DNA of 64,000 nucleotides from Nitrospirales bacterium (GTDB lineage: Bacteria > Nitrospirota > Nitrospiria > Nitrospirales > UBA8639): positions 13,187 to 77,186 of the forward strand of contig JAAXIB010000020.1 of NCBI GenBank assembly GCA_012270585.1. The letters run 5' to 3'. Shown piece by piece: positions 30,692 to 40,203 of this stretch; within the stretch, counting starts at the first letter, position 1; every line of letters starts with the position of its first letter. Both the position numbers and the translations under genes were made by a program. The notes below the pieces were generated by a model that was given only the letters and a program-made list of their open reading frames with translations, was not told where the DNA came from and ran no database searches.

Positions 30692-30774
30692 TGGTGCGAG
30701 AGGGGGGATTTGAACCCCCACGGTCTCCCACGAGATCCTAAGTCTCGCGCGTCTGCCAGTTCCGCCACTCTCGC
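30692..30774 (-). tRNA. tRNA-Leu (anticodon TAG)
   Basis: Reverse complement GCGAGAGTGGCGGAACTGGCAGACGCGCGAGACTTAGGATCTCGTGGGAGACCGTGGGGGTTCAAATCCCCCCTCTCGCACCA. Has the long variable arm, a CTTAGGA anticodon loop, GGTTCAAATCC T-arm and encoded CCA. Confidence 0.85.
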
Positions 30775-30942
30775 TTCTCGAAATCGCTTCCTTTTCCCGG
30801 GAGCACTCGAAACGGTGCGGCTGGAGCCCAAAAGGCAACAAGTTTAGCCGTTTTTGCTATTTACCCATACGGTGCGCAGGGTGTCAACGCCTGCCTCGCC
30901 TTCCCATCAACAGGTTCTTGCCAGAATCCGATGGAGTAGGCT

Positions 30943-31194
30943 ATGGTGCTCAGTATGGACCTCAAAAAACTGTACCTGAACATTTACGAGCAATTCATCC
31001 AAACGCGGGATGCGCACAAAGGGTTTCATTTTCAGGAGGAGCCACTCAAAAGCGTGGCGCCCAAAGCGGTTTCGTTTAAGGAACGCGTGAAATGGTGGAC
31101 CCTTGACCGGCCCAGCCGTTTAAAGAAAATTGAACGGGAACGGGACCGGCAACAACAGGAAATTCTTGCCCTCAAGCAGAAATCGTCAGGCTAA
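30943..31194 (+). CDS. hypothetical small protein
   Basis: 83-aa ORF with a charged, coiled-coil-like C-terminus. No recognisable family. Confidence 0.35.
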   Translation: MVLSMDLKKLYLNIYEQFIQTRDAHKGFHFQEEPLKSVAPKAVSFKERVKWWTLDRPSRLKKIERERDRQQQEILALKQKSSG

Positions 31195-31220
31195 TCGTCC
31201 TCCACTTGCCACGATGACGC

Positions 31221-32036
31221 ATGTCGGAGTTCGTCCCAGCGACTCTTCAACTCTATCGTCAAGCGTTGCTCGCGACCTGGCGGTCGTTGACCAGAAACTG
31301 GTTGCTCATACCGGCGGTCGTCATCCTGGCCGTTCTCATGTACTTGGTCACCGGTGTGGCCATGGCCCTCGGCATGCTGGGAGGCTTGTTGCTCGGCGTA
31401 GCCAACGCCTTTGTGGTCGGGGCGTTTCTGGGTTTACTCGAACAAGCCGTGATGGGCGCCCGGCAAATGGTCTGGCGCGATCTGTGGGACGTGGCGGGCA
31501 GCTATTTCTGGGACGTGATCACCGTCGGCTTTGTCGTGTGGGTGCCCTTGCAAATTCTCGAACTCGGCATGCAAGCCAATCCCTATGGGCCGGCGATTGT
31601 CTCGGCCGTCTTTCTGCTGTTGTTTATTTTGCTCAACCCCGTCCCTGAACTCATTTACCAGGGGCGTTCGGGTGCCTCACTTGAGATCCTGAAGGACAGT
31701 TACGAATTTGTCCTGGAAAATTGGATTGAATGGTTTTTGCCCCTTGCCGTGGTCTTTGCGCCTTTTGGGTTATCCTTTTTCTTTTCGATTTCGAGCCGAA
31801 GCGGGCGGCTGATCGGACTGGATTTTTTTCAACTGTTGGGATTGCCTTTCGCCGTGTTGAGCCAGTGGTTCCAATATCTCGGGCTGTCCTCCTCGACGGC
31901 CGTGCTCCTGGTTCTTTGTCTGACGCCCGTCGGGGCGGTCTTGATGATGCTGTTTCGCGGCCATCTCTATAAGGCGCTGACGGGGTCGACCCGACGCCAG
32001 CGATTATTTCAACGACGCCAGTCATTGGGTACCTGA
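31221..32036 (+). CDS. hypothetical polytopic membrane protein
   Basis: 271 aa with about 6 hydrophobic helices. No recognisable family. Confidence 0.55.
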   Translation: MSEFVPATLQLYRQALLATWRSLTRNWLLIPAVVILAVLMYLVTGVAMALGMLGGLLLGVANAFVVGAFLGLLEQAVMGARQMVWRDLWDVAGSYFWDVITVGFVVWVPLQILELGMQANPYGPAIVSAVFLLLFILLNPVPELIYQGRSGASLEILKDSYEFVLENWIEWFLPLAVVFAPFGLSFFFSISSRSGRLIGLDFFQLLGLPFAVLSQWFQYLGLSSSTAVLLVLCLTPVGAVLMMLFRGHLYKALTGSTRRQRLFQRRQSLGT

Positions 32037-32184
32037 CCCACGCTTTATCACTCCCCCTTGCGGGGGAGTCGCAGAAGTCAAGCCGCCAGGCGCCGGCTGA
32101 TGCGGTGGGGGGCAAACGAGTTGCCTTGTTGCTCCATAGGACCCGTGCTAAGATGACGAACTTTTACCGTAATTCCCACAATGC

Positions 32185-32296
<112 letters not shown>

Positions 32297-32541
32297 CGGT
32301 ATGGCTTCCCGTGAAGCCCCACGTGGGCAAGGGGATTTCGTCACTACAGCGTGGAGGGAGCCTAGCAACGCCCCGATCTGTTCGAGCGACGGCGGTCGGT
32401 GATGCAAAAGTGGTCCACCGATGTGCCACGTGCCGACGTGATCCCGTTGCACGGATGATTCTGACCTACCCGTCTTCTTTCCCGGCCTAGATACTCTTGC
32501 TTCCCGCCCCCCCCTTGGACGCTCGCCAAACCACTCACGGC

Positions 32542-32781
32542 TTAGCCCGTCTTTTCACAAATCAGCAACCGTTCATCGGCTTTCATAGGCCCAAAAGCCA
32601 CCCATCTCCCCTCTTTGACCGAATAACAAAACGAGCAGGTTCGATCCTCAAAGGGAGAGAGCCCCATCAACCAATCGGAGGAAAATCCGGATTGATATTC
32701 CAGAGGCAAAAAGGCGGCAAAGGATGAAACCACTCCCGCTTGGCGTGCCGGGGGTTTGCCTTCCGGGAGTTGTTCGGTCAT
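32542..32781 (-). CDS. hypothetical protein (79 aa)
   Basis: ORF whose start overlaps the upstream stop by 4 nt (32778-32781), suggesting coupling. No family recognised. Confidence 0.35.
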   Translation of the reverse strand: MTEQLPEGKPPARQAGVVSSFAAFLPLEYQSGFSSDWLMGLSPFEDRTCSFCYSVKEGRWVAFGPMKADERLLICEKTG

Positions 32782-33461
32782 CCGACCCCGCCTCCCGTTT
32801 CTGCGACCCCCGCTTGATGCAGGCCCCGCACCGTCTCGGCCAGCCGGTAAATGGTGTGCGCCGTAATATCCCGGAACGACAACAAGGCATCTTCATGGCC
32901 GGCCTGAGCACATAGAGCCATCGTATAGCAAGAGGTCCCCCCTCGGACGATTTTCAGTGTGAGATTGGCTTGGTGGCAATGAACTCCGACAAATAACCCG
33001 ACATCGATCCGATTATGCCAGATGGTTAAGTTGGGATGATTGGGATTAATCTCCACCTCCGGATTAATCTTGGGGTATTTGGGCCGGTAATCAGGCATAG
33101 GGATCAACATCGCCCGTTGGTGGGGCATCACGCAGGACTTAATCGTCTCATAGAGATGGCGTACCGCCCTGGCTTTTTGAGCGGCAGCCTCATTCCATGC
33201 CCAGAGCACCAAGGGGCCAGGAAAGATCGTCGGCACCTTGGCCAGCAGGAACTGTCGCGCTGCCTCTTCAAGGGCCGTCTCCTGGGATACCAGATGCCCA
33301 TAAAGAATGGCCTGCCCGGGGTCCGGAAGCCGTACTCCCATGTTGGCGGCAGCCGGAGAAAGGAAATGCTCGGGGCCCGGACGCACTTCATAGGATGCTT
33401 TCATTAATCCACTCCGCTCCTGGTTATCCACACGATTGACATGGCTCGGTGATGCCATCAA
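32778..33461 (-). CDS. hypothetical protein (about 210-227 aa)
   Basis: Well-behaved ORF (…LLAKVPTIFPGPLVLWAWNEAAAQKA…). I cannot assign a family with confidence. The start may be the internal MKASYEV.... Confidence 0.45.
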   Translation of the reverse strand: MMASPSHVNRVDNQERSGLMKASYEVRPGPEHFLSPAAANMGVRLPDPGQAILYGHLVSQETALEEAARQFLLAKVPTIFPGPLVLWAWNEAAAQKARAVRHLYETIKSCVMPHQRAMLIPMPDYRPKYPKINPEVEINPNHPNLTIWHNRIDVGLFVGVHCHQANLTLKIVRGGTSCYTMALCAQAGHEDALLSFRDITAHTIYRLAETVRGLHQAGVAETGGGVG

Positions 33462-33701
33462 TCACATCTCTCACCTGGGCCACGCCGCAACGTTCCAGCA
33501 CGACAACTTCAATATGATACATCCAGTTGACGGCGGATTATTCTTTCCAGCCCCGCAGGTCGCAAGACTTCTTCAATCAAATGTCGATTCCTCCATTTGA
33601 ATAATCAGATTTTACAATGCACCGTCATCCTCTATGAATGACGTATCCGATCAAATCACACCAATCGCATCGCCCTTGTTCCCCTTATTCGAAAGACTTC
33701 C

Positions 33702-34301
33702 TCATGCTCCATTCCTGCCCGCCAAGGCTCGAAGTTCATCACCCGCGTCTCTCGGGAGCTGGCCGCCGGCCATGAGCGTTCCCCAAACGGCATCCCAGGG
33801 AATTTGACGGGGCCAGACAAAACACGGCCAATCCTTCACCTGATCCACCATGGCCTCGGTCGGCGGCTGCACGACTTGATTCCACACGACACAGGCCCCA
33901 CCGGCCTGCTCTTCCGTTTGCAGACGGGCATGCAAGGCAAACAGATGTTCAAGAGCCCAGATATCCGGCCATGAAGGACGCACCGGCACAACGATTTCCC
34001 CGGCCGCCCGGATGATGCTGGCTGTCATCTCGGACACGGTCGGCGGGCCGTCTACAATCATCCAATCGAATGTTCGTCCGAATCTGCTAGCTTGGTCATG
34101 AATGACCGGCAGAATCTGGGACCGAACCACCACACGCCATCGCTCACCTCATCGTGTGCCCCATTCGCTCGCAGTCCCTTGCGGGTCGGCATCCATCAGG
34201 AGCACCCGCGCACCGGTTTCCGCCAGGGCCATGGCTGTCCCGATGGCCAGTGTGGTTTTCCCGGTTCCGCCTTTTTGATGGATGAATCCGATGGTCCGCA
34301 T
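33702..34301 (-). pseudogene. ParA/MinD-like ATPase interrupted by an in-frame TGA
   Basis: From ATG 34301: MRTIGFIHQKGGTGKTTLAIGTAMALAETGARVLLMDADPQGTASEWGTR-TGA(34149-34151)-GERWRVVVRSQILPVIHDQ...DWMIVDGPP.... Deviant Walker A KGGTGKTT, same frame on both sides of the stop. Confidence 0.7.
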
Positions 34302-34389
34302 TGCCCACCTTATTCGTCTTTCCCCGTACCCAACTCGTCTTCCGTGACCAGCGCCGCATCCAAGTCTGCTTCAATCCGCTCACGGTTGG

Positions 34390-34860
34390 TTAGAGTTGGG
34401 TGGGATTGGGGGCGTCACCATAGACCTTCTGGGGGTCGAAAACCTTCTCCATCTCCGTAAATTCCAGCGGCTGGCCAGCCTGGTCGCCAAAGGGCATGGC
34501 TCGGTAGAAACAGGAGCGATACCCTACATGGCAACTGGCCCCGCCTTGGACGTCCACGCGCAGCCAGATGCAATCCTGGTCGTCATCGATTCGCATCTCG
34601 CGGACGCGCTGCACCAGGCCGCTCGTTGCGCCCTTGTGCCAGAGACGCTGTCGGCTCCGGCTCCAGTACACGGCTTCGCCCAAGGTGATCGTTTGCGTGA
34701 GCGCCTCGGCGTTCATGTAAGCGTGCATGAGCACTTCACCGGACGAGAAGTCCGTGGTGATGACGGGGATAAGCCCGTGCTCATTGAACTTGGGAGCCAG
34801 ATCGACGCCTTCCTCGACCTGCTCGATGCTCTGTCTTTTCGAACGGGGTGAACCACTCAT
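34390..34860 (-). CDS. hisI: phosphoribosyl-AMP cyclohydrolase (island copy of HisI)
   Basis: 156 aa; ...GLIPVITTD...[14 protein letters not shown]...[21 protein letters not shown]...[37 protein letters not shown] upstream. Confidence 0.85.
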   Translation of the reverse strand: MSGSPRSKRQSIEQVEEGVDLAPKFNEHGLIPVITTDFSSGEVLMHAYMNAEALTQTITLGEAVYWSRSRQRLWHKGATSGLVQRVREMRIDDDQDCIWLRVDVQGGASCHVGYRSCFYRAMPFGDQAGQPLEFTEMEKVFDPQKVYGDAPNPTQL

Positions 34861-34881
34861 GTGCTTGTTCTCCTGGTTACG

Positions 34882-35028
34882 TCAGTTCGCGAACCTCGCG
34901 TCTCGACACCGACGTTTTGATGCATCATAGAGTTCACCCGCGCGCAGCACGAAGGTGTTGTCATCGAAGAAGAACATCCCAACGACCTCGGCGCCGCGAT
35001 AGCCGCCTTCGAGTTGGGGCAGGATCAT
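34882..35028 (-). CDS. 48-aa ORF translationally coupled to hemB (possible gene remnant)
   Basis: ATGA overlap with the hemB stop. MILPQLEGGYRGAEVVGMFFFDDNTFVLRAG... faintly resembles a DsrE/TusD-type segment. Confidence 0.2.
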   Translation of the reverse strand: MILPQLEGGYRGAEVVGMFFFDDNTFVLRAGELYDASKRRCRDARFAN

Positions 35029-36053
35029 TGTTGCCAGTTGAAAGGTGGAACAGAAGCCAGCAGCCTCGCAGCATCGAGCGCACCGTAGGTCACGATCAGA
35101 TCGGCGCCGGCTCGGCGCAGAGAGCCGAGCGATTCCAGCAAGACTTCTTCGTATCCGAATGCGCCGGCGGCCGATGCCGCCTTGAGCATGGCGTATTCGC
35201 CGCTTACCTGGTACACCGCGACCGGAAGCACCGTATGGGCTCGCACCAGACGCACGATGTCCAGATACGGCAAGCCAGGTTTCACCATCAGCCAATCAGC
35301 GCCTTCTTCTTCATCCAGCTGGATTTCCCGCAACGCTTCCCTGCGATTCCCAGGATCCATCTGATAGGTCCGCTTATCGCCGACACGCGGCGCACTCTCC
35401 AAGGCGTCACGAAACGGTCCATAAAATGCCGAAGCATACTTCACGGCATAGCTGCAGATGCCGACATGTGGATAGCTGGCCTCATCCAAGGCCCGACGGA
35501 TCACACCGATCCGGCCATCCATCATGTCCGAGGGAGCCACGAGGTCTGCTCCAGCCTGTGCCTGCACGAGGGCCATCTCTGCCAACAACGGCAGTGTCGC
35601 ATCGTTGTCGATCTTTCCATTGATCACCACGCCGTCATGTCCATCCGATGAATAGGGATCGAGTGCCACGTCGCTGAGGACCAGAAGGTCCGGCGCAGCG
35701 GCTTTCACTGCGCAAATCGCCCTAGCCATCAGTCCCTGCCGGTTGCAGCTCTCCCGGCCTCGGGGATCCTTGAGACGATCCGGCACAACCGGAAATAGCG
35801 CAATCCCGGCCAGTCCCGCGGAAGCGGCTTCCGCGGCCTGCTCGACGGCCCGGTCGATCGAGACCCGCGCGCAGCCCGGCATGGAGGCAATCGGGGTCAC
35901 CAGATCGTCCCCTTCCTGCACAAACAGGGGCCATATCAGATGCTGCGGCGTGAGCCTGCCGGTCGATCGCCTCGTTCGGAATGCCGCTCGTGCGCGATGG
36001 AGCGGAGGCGAGTCGTCGAGCGGAGTCGGGATCGAATGGAGGCTCATTCCCAA
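35025..36053 (-). CDS. hemB: porphobilinogen synthase (delta-aminolevulinate dehydratase), Asp-rich (Cys-less) metal-site variant
   Basis: 342 aa; ...PLFVQEG..., active-site lysine region ...DWLMVKPGLPYLDIV.... The metal-site segment reads DVALDPYSSDGHDG instead of the Cys-rich DxCxCxY..GHCG. Confidence 0.9.
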   Translation of the reverse strand: MGMSLHSIPTPLDDSPPLHRARAAFRTRRSTGRLTPQHLIWPLFVQEGDDLVTPIASMPGCARVSIDRAVEQAAEAASAGLAGIALFPVVPDRLKDPRGRESCNRQGLMARAICAVKAAAPDLLVLSDVALDPYSSDGHDGVVINGKIDNDATLPLLAEMALVQAQAGADLVAPSDMMDGRIGVIRRALDEASYPHVGICSYAVKYASAFYGPFRDALESAPRVGDKRTYQMDPGNRREALREIQLDEEEGADWLMVKPGLPYLDIVRLVRAHTVLPVAVYQVSGEYAMLKAASAAGAFGYEEVLLESLGSLRRAGADLIVTYGALDAARLLASVPPFNWQQ

Positions 36054-36080
36054 GGCTCCTTCACGAGCAGCACCAGGCAG

Positions 36081-36344
36081 TCAACCGCACCGGTCGTGAG
36101 CGGTTGACCTTCCATCGCATTCGACCAGACCGCTTCCCACCGGATGGGAATCGAAAGTTGCCTTACGTCGGCCCCGCGCCGCATTGGAGCGATACTCAGC
36201 CTGTTGGTTTTGCTCCAGCCGACGTGAGAGTTTGTCGTGAATGGCCCGCAATTGTTGCGCTTCAGCGGCGTACATCGGTTCGTTGAGGGTGTGCTCAAGA
36301 ACCTGAATGATCCAGCGAGCGTCGTCGGCGCTGATCCGGGGCAT
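36081..36344 (-). CDS. hypothetical small protein
   Basis: 87-aa ORF starting 7 nt after the upstream stop. The first ~55 aa look helical and protein-like; the tail is low complexity. Confidence 0.3.
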   Translation of the reverse strand: MPRISADDARWIIQVLEHTLNEPMYAAEAQQLRAIHDKLSRRLEQNQQAEYRSNAARGRRKATFDSHPVGSGLVECDGRSTAHDRCG

Positions 36345-36350
36345 GGCGAT

Positions 36351-37538
36351 TCACCGGGATTGCAGGGCTTGGTTGAGGCGGTGCAGGGCGTCTAGGCCGC
36401 CGTCGGCTACCTTCTGGAAGCATTCATCGGCTCCGCCCCAGGCTTCGCCGTGATAGCTGCGGAACAACGCCAGCATGGGTTCGATGACCTCAACCCGGGG
36501 CTCTCCCCGGCCGTCGTAGGGTTGATTCAGCACCACCGAAAAATAGCCATCCCACTTGTAGGGGTTGCCGGATCGATCGCCGGTGAGGAACCAGATGGTG
36601 AAGTTGAGGCGTCCTCCCTGGCAGGGCGTTGGTTCAGCAACGAATTGCACGCCGGTGATGGCGTAGAGGTCCATATGACAGTGTGACTGTTTGTAGCCGC
36701 CGATCTGCCAGGACACGTAGCCCTGTTCTACAAACTTAAACACACCCTCCAACTGACCGGTTTGCAGTTCCACAAGCGTTCGCTCGCGCAGAATGACCAA
36801 TGACGCTTCCGGCAGATCCAGGGCCTGCTTCAACAATGGCAAGACCAGCGGCTCGGCGGTCGGCTCGGCGGGCGCGGGCATTTGTGGCTTGGGGCGAAAA
36901 ATGCAAAGCGCTTGCTCCCAGGCCTTTGGGGCGGACGGATTGATCCCGGCGACGCGGCACAGCGATTGCTCAATCTGCGGCCCCGCTTCGGATGACCACA
37001 CTTCGGGGTCAATCCACAGCCCGGCCCAGCCGGGTTGACGTCGGCATAAATCGGCGGCCTCCTCTACAAACGCGTTCAGGCAGGCTTCGTCAAGACTACC
37101 GTTGAGATATGGGTTTTCCACCATCGCCGCCAGCGACCAGCGTTCGCTGGCCGATCCGTCCGGACCGGCGAGCATGAAGCGAGCCTCAAGGCTGGGCTTG
37201 AAGCCAAAGCACACGCTCAGGCTGAGACAGTATCGCACTGTGTACACCCGGCCGAGGTCCACATGCAGGTGATGCGGCTGTCCCTCCAGGCGAATGTCAC
37301 AGACCCCGGCGAAACAGTCCTTGTAGCGGGCGCTAAGTACCTGTCCGCGACCGACCGGATTGAACTCCCCGACCGCGCCCTCGCTCCAGCGCCCACAGGC
37401 CAACACCGTGTCCGGCCGCGCCAGCCACCGCTGAAGCACGTCGCGCAGGAAACCGATCCGATCATGAAACACCTGCTGATCGTCGAGAGTCGCCGTCATT
37501 GATTTGGTCATGACTCCTAAACCTTTAGGGATTGGCAA
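36351..37538 (-). CDS. hypothetical two-domain protein (internal tandem duplication)
   Basis: About 390 aa. N- and C-halves share a pattern (...HHLHVDLGRVYTV...NPYLNG... versus ...SHCHMDLYAITGV...NPYKWDG...). No family recognised. Confidence 0.5.
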   Translation of the reverse strand: MPIPKGLGVMTKSMTATLDDQQVFHDRIGFLRDVLQRWLARPDTVLACGRWSEGAVGEFNPVGRGQVLSARYKDCFAGVCDIRLEGQPHHLHVDLGRVYTVRYCLSLSVCFGFKPSLEARFMLAGPDGSASERWSLAAMVENPYLNGSLDEACLNAFVEEAADLCRRQPGWAGLWIDPEVWSSEAGPQIEQSLCRVAGINPSAPKAWEQALCIFRPKPQMPAPAEPTAEPLVLPLLKQALDLPEASLVILRERTLVELQTGQLEGVFKFVEQGYVSWQIGGYKQSHCHMDLYAITGVQFVAEPTPCQGGRLNFTIWFLTGDRSGNPYKWDGYFSVVLNQPYDGRGEPRVEVIEPMLALFRSYHGEAWGGADECFQKVADGGLDALHRLNQALQSR

Positions 37539-37621
37539 AAAAACGGGGAATCATCATTTCTCATCACAATGTTCAAGACGGAAGGGTGACCACCCGCGGA
37601 TCGAGACTTGGCCGGCGCACG

Positions 37622-37768
37622 TCACGCCACAACCAAATCCGTCTTATGCAACACGATCACATTCGCAAATTCGACTTGTTCGGTCAGCAGATCGGCGACC
37701 GTTCGTGGGCGTCTACCGTGGCCAATTGCGAACGTAAAGGTGTCGATGACGGGGAGCCTTCGTGTCAT
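37622..37768 (-). pseudogene. remnant of a COG0523 (CobW/ZigA-like) GTPase gene
   Basis: 48-codon ORF MTRRLPVIDTFTFAIGHGRRPRTVADLLTEQVEFANVIVLHKTDLVVA. It matches only the ...PV.ETF.F... and ...[16 protein letters not shown]... segments of the intact paralogs. ATGA overlap with the upstream stop. Confidence 0.5.
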
Positions 37769-37995
37769 TTTCGATCCTCAGCCATTTCGTCGGCCGCACG
37801 ACGGAACCAGGCGATCGTTCGCTCAAGATGATCGACTCCATAGAGCCTTGCAAATTCTCTGGTCTTTGCCTGCTTGTCATCTTGCAATTCAGCCAAGCGT
37901 TCGCGGATAAACGTCGGCGTCAACCGGATTTTGCAACGGATCTCGATGCAGTTTCGCCATTGCTTGTACGAACGAGGAGTGACGTCATCGCTCAT
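37765..37995 (-). CDS. hypothetical protein (76 aa)
   Basis: MSDDVTPRSYKQWRNCIEIRCKIRLTPTFIRERLAELQDDK.... ATGA overlap with the upstream gene. Confidence 0.4.
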   Translation of the reverse strand: MSDDVTPRSYKQWRNCIEIRCKIRLTPTFIRERLAELQDDKQAKTREFARLYGVDHLERTIAWFRRAADEMAEDRK

Positions 37996-38606
37996 GGCTG
38001 ACTCGGCCCGAGGAACGCATTGAAATTGGATGCAACTCGAAGCGACAACTCGCGCCAGGCCGACGCAAAATTCTCGGCTGGCACGGCTGGTCGCGTGCCG
38101 TCGTCCCACTCAAGCAGCGTTGATCGCCGGTACTCGATCCCCAATTGCTCGACGATGTTTACCTCGTAACGCCGCATCCAATCGATCAAATCCAAGGTCA
38201 ACGTTGCGCACGCATTTCGCTGGGATTCAGTCGGCGTGTTCAACTTCGGAAGATCTGCATCGGACCAGGGCGGACAATCCAGCGTCGCATGAGTTGTATA
38301 TCGAGGTTGAAACTCGTAGCGGGGCAGAAAGACGCCACCCCACTGACCATCTCCGTAGAACACACCAAATCCACGCAGCACAACACATCGTCTCCGCGGC
38401 ATCGCCAAGACATACACGCTCGCACAGTCTTTGCGATCGGCGGGCGGCTCGATGCGGTCAAAGCCGATATCGAGCAGCCAATTGCCTTCCGGTCGCAAAA
38501 TGTCGCGACCCCAGCACCACACCTGTTGGCTGAGCAAGCTCACCGCTTGTTCAAGGAGTTCACCTTCAGCACGTTCGTGATCATTCACTTGAAGTGCTAC
38601 CGACAT
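37992..38606 (-). CDS. hypothetical protein (~204 aa)
   Basis: Start set at MSVALQVNDHERAEG.... The longer track ORF would overlap the upstream gene. No family recognised. Confidence 0.45.
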   Translation of the reverse strand: MSVALQVNDHERAEGELLEQAVSLLSQQVWCWGRDILRPEGNWLLDIGFDRIEPPADRKDCASVYVLAMPRRRCVVLRGFGVFYGDGQWGGVFLPRYEFQPRYTTHATLDCPPWSDADLPKLNTPTESQRNACATLTLDLIDWMRRYEVNIVEQLGIEYRRSTLLEWDDGTRPAVPAENFASAWRELSLRVASNFNAFLGPSQP

Positions 38607-38607
38607 C

Positions 38608-38907
38608 TCAGTCAGCCTCGGCAGTCGCAATCGATGCGATGTTTGCCAACAGCCATGCGGAGGCAGCAAACAACTGCAGCCAATCCCCACTGGAGCTGAT
38701 CCCGTAAGTCAGCATGCTGGCAATCCAGCAAACGCTGGCAACCGTTTGTCCGAGCCATTCGGCGCGCAGCGCCCGTGCTAGTCGGCTTTGCCCCGCGCCA
38801 GACGCGATCCCCCTCCTCGCGGCCTCGCTCGTCGCGTTCGGTCCGCTCGAAGGCGCGGCGAGCGCCCACCCGGCGACCCCTTCGTCGTTCCTCGTCAACA
38901 TACGCAC
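38608..38907 (-). CDS. hypothetical small membrane protein
   Basis: 99 aa. The C-terminal half has two hydrophobic helices (...TVASVCWIASMLTYGI...WLQLFAASAWLLANIASIA...). Confidence 0.4.
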   Translation of the reverse strand: MRMLTRNDEGVAGWALAAPSSGPNATSEAARRGIASGAGQSRLARALRAEWLGQTVASVCWIASMLTYGISSSGDWLQLFAASAWLLANIASIATAEAD

Positions 38908-40025
38908 TCCTCCCCACAGCAGGAGAGGTCATCGAGATACATGCCCCACTTGCGGTAATTCTCCAACTCTTCAGCCGGCAGCCCCAGGGAACCGGCAATC
39001 GCCTTGGCAACCACGGCGAATCGCTGTCGATATTTGTAGATAAAGCAAAAGGAATGGTTATTGTGACGCACGGCGGGCCCGCACAGAAACAGACCCGGCA
39101 CAATTGTTGATTCATCGTGCTCGCTCATGAGCGGAAAGCCGTCGTCGCGTCGCTCGAACAAATCTGCGACCAGCTTGTGACTTCCTTCAAATCCGCCCGC
39201 CCAGAGTGGCGGAACGCTCGTTTGAAACCGGCGTCCGTCCTGCGCCGTGACTTCATACGTGGCGCCCACGCGGGTGACAGAGGCTATTGGCGTTTGCGGA
39301 AACAATTCCACATACTCCTCAAACCAATCTTCTCGCATCCGTTCGAGCGAATACGTGGACAGCGCGACACTGGGATCGGAACTTTGGTCTTTCCATGGAC
39401 AACCTTTGTCGAACAACCGTACCCGTTTGTCGCGATACGCCAGGTGGTAGGCCGCGTCGACGCCACTCTCGTAGCCACCGACAATGATGAAGTCGTCTCC
39501 GTCAAGATCTTCATAACTGGCAATTGTTGCCGTGTGTCGACAGAGTCCGCTGCCGACAAACCCGTTCAGACGTGGGTATTGGAATTCACCGGCCGCCCAA
39601 ATGACATGCCTGGCTCGCAAGGCCTCGTCGGCCGTATCGATGCGAAAAACGTCGCCAACTTTTATGATCCCCGTCACGCTGGTCTTCTCGCGTATCGGTA
39701 ACTCGAAAAACTTCGCGACTCCCCGCAAGTGCGACGCGTATTCCTCGCCCGTCGGATGCTCAACCTCCAAGCTGAACGCGGGCGAAACACCAATCGCGAT
39801 CGAGTTCAAATCGAGCATGCCAATCGAATTGGTCGGAAACGAGGGGGTGATGAATCGAGTCTCGGCCGGCCATGAGGCAAACGACGATCCGACCGTGTGT
39901 CGCTCGAGCACGATAAAGTTCTCAATACCCGCATGCCTGAGGGCTATCGCAACCCCCACACCCGCGGCACCACCACCGACAACTACGACATCGTAAGTCT
40001 TGACGTTACTTGCAATCGTCATCAA
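38895..40025 (-). CDS. FAD/NAD(P)-binding oxidoreductase with Cys-rich C-terminal tail
   Basis: 376 aa. YDVVVVGGGAAGVGVAIAL dinucleotide fold, a second fold ...FIIVGGYESGVDAAYHL..., and the C-terminus ...DDLSCCGEECVC. Confidence 0.7.
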   Translation of the reverse strand: MMTIASNVKTYDVVVVGGGAAGVGVAIALRHAGIENFIVLERHTVGSSFASWPAETRFITPSFPTNSIGMLDLNSIAIGVSPAFSLEVEHPTGEEYASHLRGVAKFFELPIREKTSVTGIIKVGDVFRIDTADEALRARHVIWAAGEFQYPRLNGFVGSGLCRHTATIASYEDLDGDDFIIVGGYESGVDAAYHLAYRDKRVRLFDKGCPWKDQSSDPSVALSTYSLERMREDWFEEYVELFPQTPIASVTRVGATYEVTAQDGRRFQTSVPPLWAGGFEGSHKLVADLFERRDDGFPLMSEHDESTIVPGLFLCGPAVRHNNHSFCFIYKYRQRFAVVAKAIAGSLGLPAEELENYRKWGMYLDDLSCCGEECVC

Positions 40026-40203
40026 GCGCTCCCCTCGGTAACTTCACTGCTGCAACAACCACACAGACAACCGTAACGGCGGTTCAGCAGGCGAGCGGAA
40101 ACCGGCACGATTCCGCCCGGCATGTATGAGCACGGCCTGCCCTTCCTGCGGATAAGCAAACTCGGCGAACATTTCACAAAGCTGTCCCACGCGCATCATG
40201 CCC

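Noticed and set aside
30656-30841. N-terminal 62-codon extension of the trigger factor ORF (track ORF 29330-30841).
   Set aside because: The extension is simply a translation through the tRNA-Leu gene (30692-30774). The conserved Tig N-terminus starts at MKLEVTE (ATG 30655).
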